This document shows positions 62,798 to 64,000 of a DNA stretch of 64,000 nt, piece by piece (positions within the stretch are counted from its first letter, which is position 1; each line of letters opens with the position of its first letter). This DNA is from Moniliella sp. 'wahieum'. Taxonomy: Eukaryota. The notes beneath the pieces were generated by a model. That model was not told the origin of the DNA. It searched no databases and saw only the letters and a program-made list of their open reading frames with translations. The stretch lies in NCBI GenBank assembly GCA_003971905.1, contig RSEE01000025.1, positions 620,001 to 684,000 of the forward strand, written 5' to 3'. The position numbers were made by a program, and so were the translations under genes.

Positions 62798-64000
62798 ATG
62801 CAAATTTCCCCCTTCTTCGTTTTCTGCCCTGGGCATGACATCCGTCGTCTCAGCGCGGAACCCCATTACAAAACGGATGAGCGTACCCCGTCACGTTCAT
62901 GGTGCCCGCTCAGGGGGCACCTGCACCATTTCGGACTACTCCCAGATTGGTCAAGTTTCCACTTGCCAAACAATTGTACTGCAAGATCTTGCAGTGCCGG
63001 CCGGGGAGACGCTCACACTCAAGCTTCCTGACCAGGCTCACCTGACATTTTCGGGAACGACCACGTTTGGGTACAAAGAGTGGGAGGGTCCCCATTTCCC
63101 TGAGTGGAACCGGGCTCACCGTCACCGCTGCCAAGGGCGCAGTGATTGATGGCGGTGGTCCCAAATACTGGGACGGTCAGGGGGAAAGGGAAAGACCAAG
63201 CCCAAGTTTTTCCGTATGGAGGATATGACCAATAGCCACGTCACCGGGTTGACGGTCCAGAACACCCCGGTGCAAGCATTCAGCATTACCAATGCCCAAT
63301 CTCTCTTCCTCGACCACATCACCATCGACAACCGACTTGGTGACACTCAAGGCGGACACAACACTGACGGCTTTGATGTGGCCAACAGTGACGGAGTGTT
63401 CATTACCAACCCGACTGTACGTACAGAGCTATATCCCTCTCCCATCTCTCTCATCACTGCTTTTTTATCTGACCGATTTTCACTTCAATAGGTATGGAAC
63501 CAAGACGACTGCCTTGCCATCAATAGCGGCAACAACACCCTCTTTTCGGGTGCCATGTGCTCGGGCGGTCACGGCATCTCGATTGGCTCCGTCGCTGCTG
63601 ACTCAACTGTGTCCGGTGTACACGTGGAGAACTGGTGAGTAACAATTCCACTTCCAATATTCTGCTCTGCTCTGGACCTGTTTTGAGCCCTCATTTTCTG
63701 ACCGCTCCCCTTTCCCCATACAGCCAAGTGATGAACAGTGCCAACGGTATCCGGATCAAGACCGTGCAGGACGCAACCGACGGAGCGGTGACCAACGTCA
63801 CGTACACAGGAGTTGCCTTGACCAACATCACCCAGTTTGGCATGGTGATCGAGCAGGACTACTCCAAGTCCAGTGGAGGTCCTAGCGGGCACCCTACAGC
63901 CGGAATTCCCATTACCGATGTGACCATCAACAACATTACCGGTACCGTCGCATCGGATGCTTCGCCGCTCAACATTGTCTGCGCCCAAGGCGGGTGCAAC
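62798..64000 (+). CDS. GH28 endopolygalacturonase, secreted, 3' end runs off the window
   Basis: All four GH28 motifs present: [25 protein letters not shown] and GIRIKT. Also [12 protein letters not shown]. Introns ~63416-63491 and ~63635-63723; frameshifts in the 5' part. Confidence 0.95.

Noticed and set aside
7089..63200. Frameshifts in ADH, ANT1, PMA1, SDH1, FBP1, EMP24, RPL28, YRB1 and GH28 read as mass pseudogenisation or programmed frameshifting
   Set aside because: They are mostly single-base losses in short runs, they hit essential genes, and the protein sequences are otherwise well conserved without internal stops. Long-read assembly error is far more likely.

Overview
Eukaryotic, intron-containing DNA, most likely from a basidiomycete fungus. 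This is inferred from short GT-AG introns with CTAAC-type branch points, the PMA1 type and a basidiomycete-type small secreted protein. About 16 protein genes can be supported: LURP-one-like (partial), CPSF6-like RRM protein, alcohol dehydrogenase, peroxisomal adenine nucleotide carrier, SGF29, PMA1, SDH1, a divergent Ariadne-like RBR ligase, FBP1, a Pcl-type cyclin, a small secreted protein, a hypothetical protein, EMP24, RPL28/uL15, YRB1 and a GH28 endopolygalacturonase (partial). There is also one tRNA-Ala(AGC). Many genes carry single-base frameshifts that look like long-read assembly errors. The most unusual signal is non-coding: intergenic DNA is full of 7-bp-period arrays of a palindromic hexamer A-NNNN-T plus one spacer base. 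13 of the 16 possible such hexamers form arrays, and different hexamers are joined without losing the 7-bp phase. Other oddities are a ~450-bp fold-back element next to decayed host-gene fragments, a three-copy coding-derived dispersed repeat, and a ~415-nt candidate structured RNA. All calls were made by eye, without database searches.
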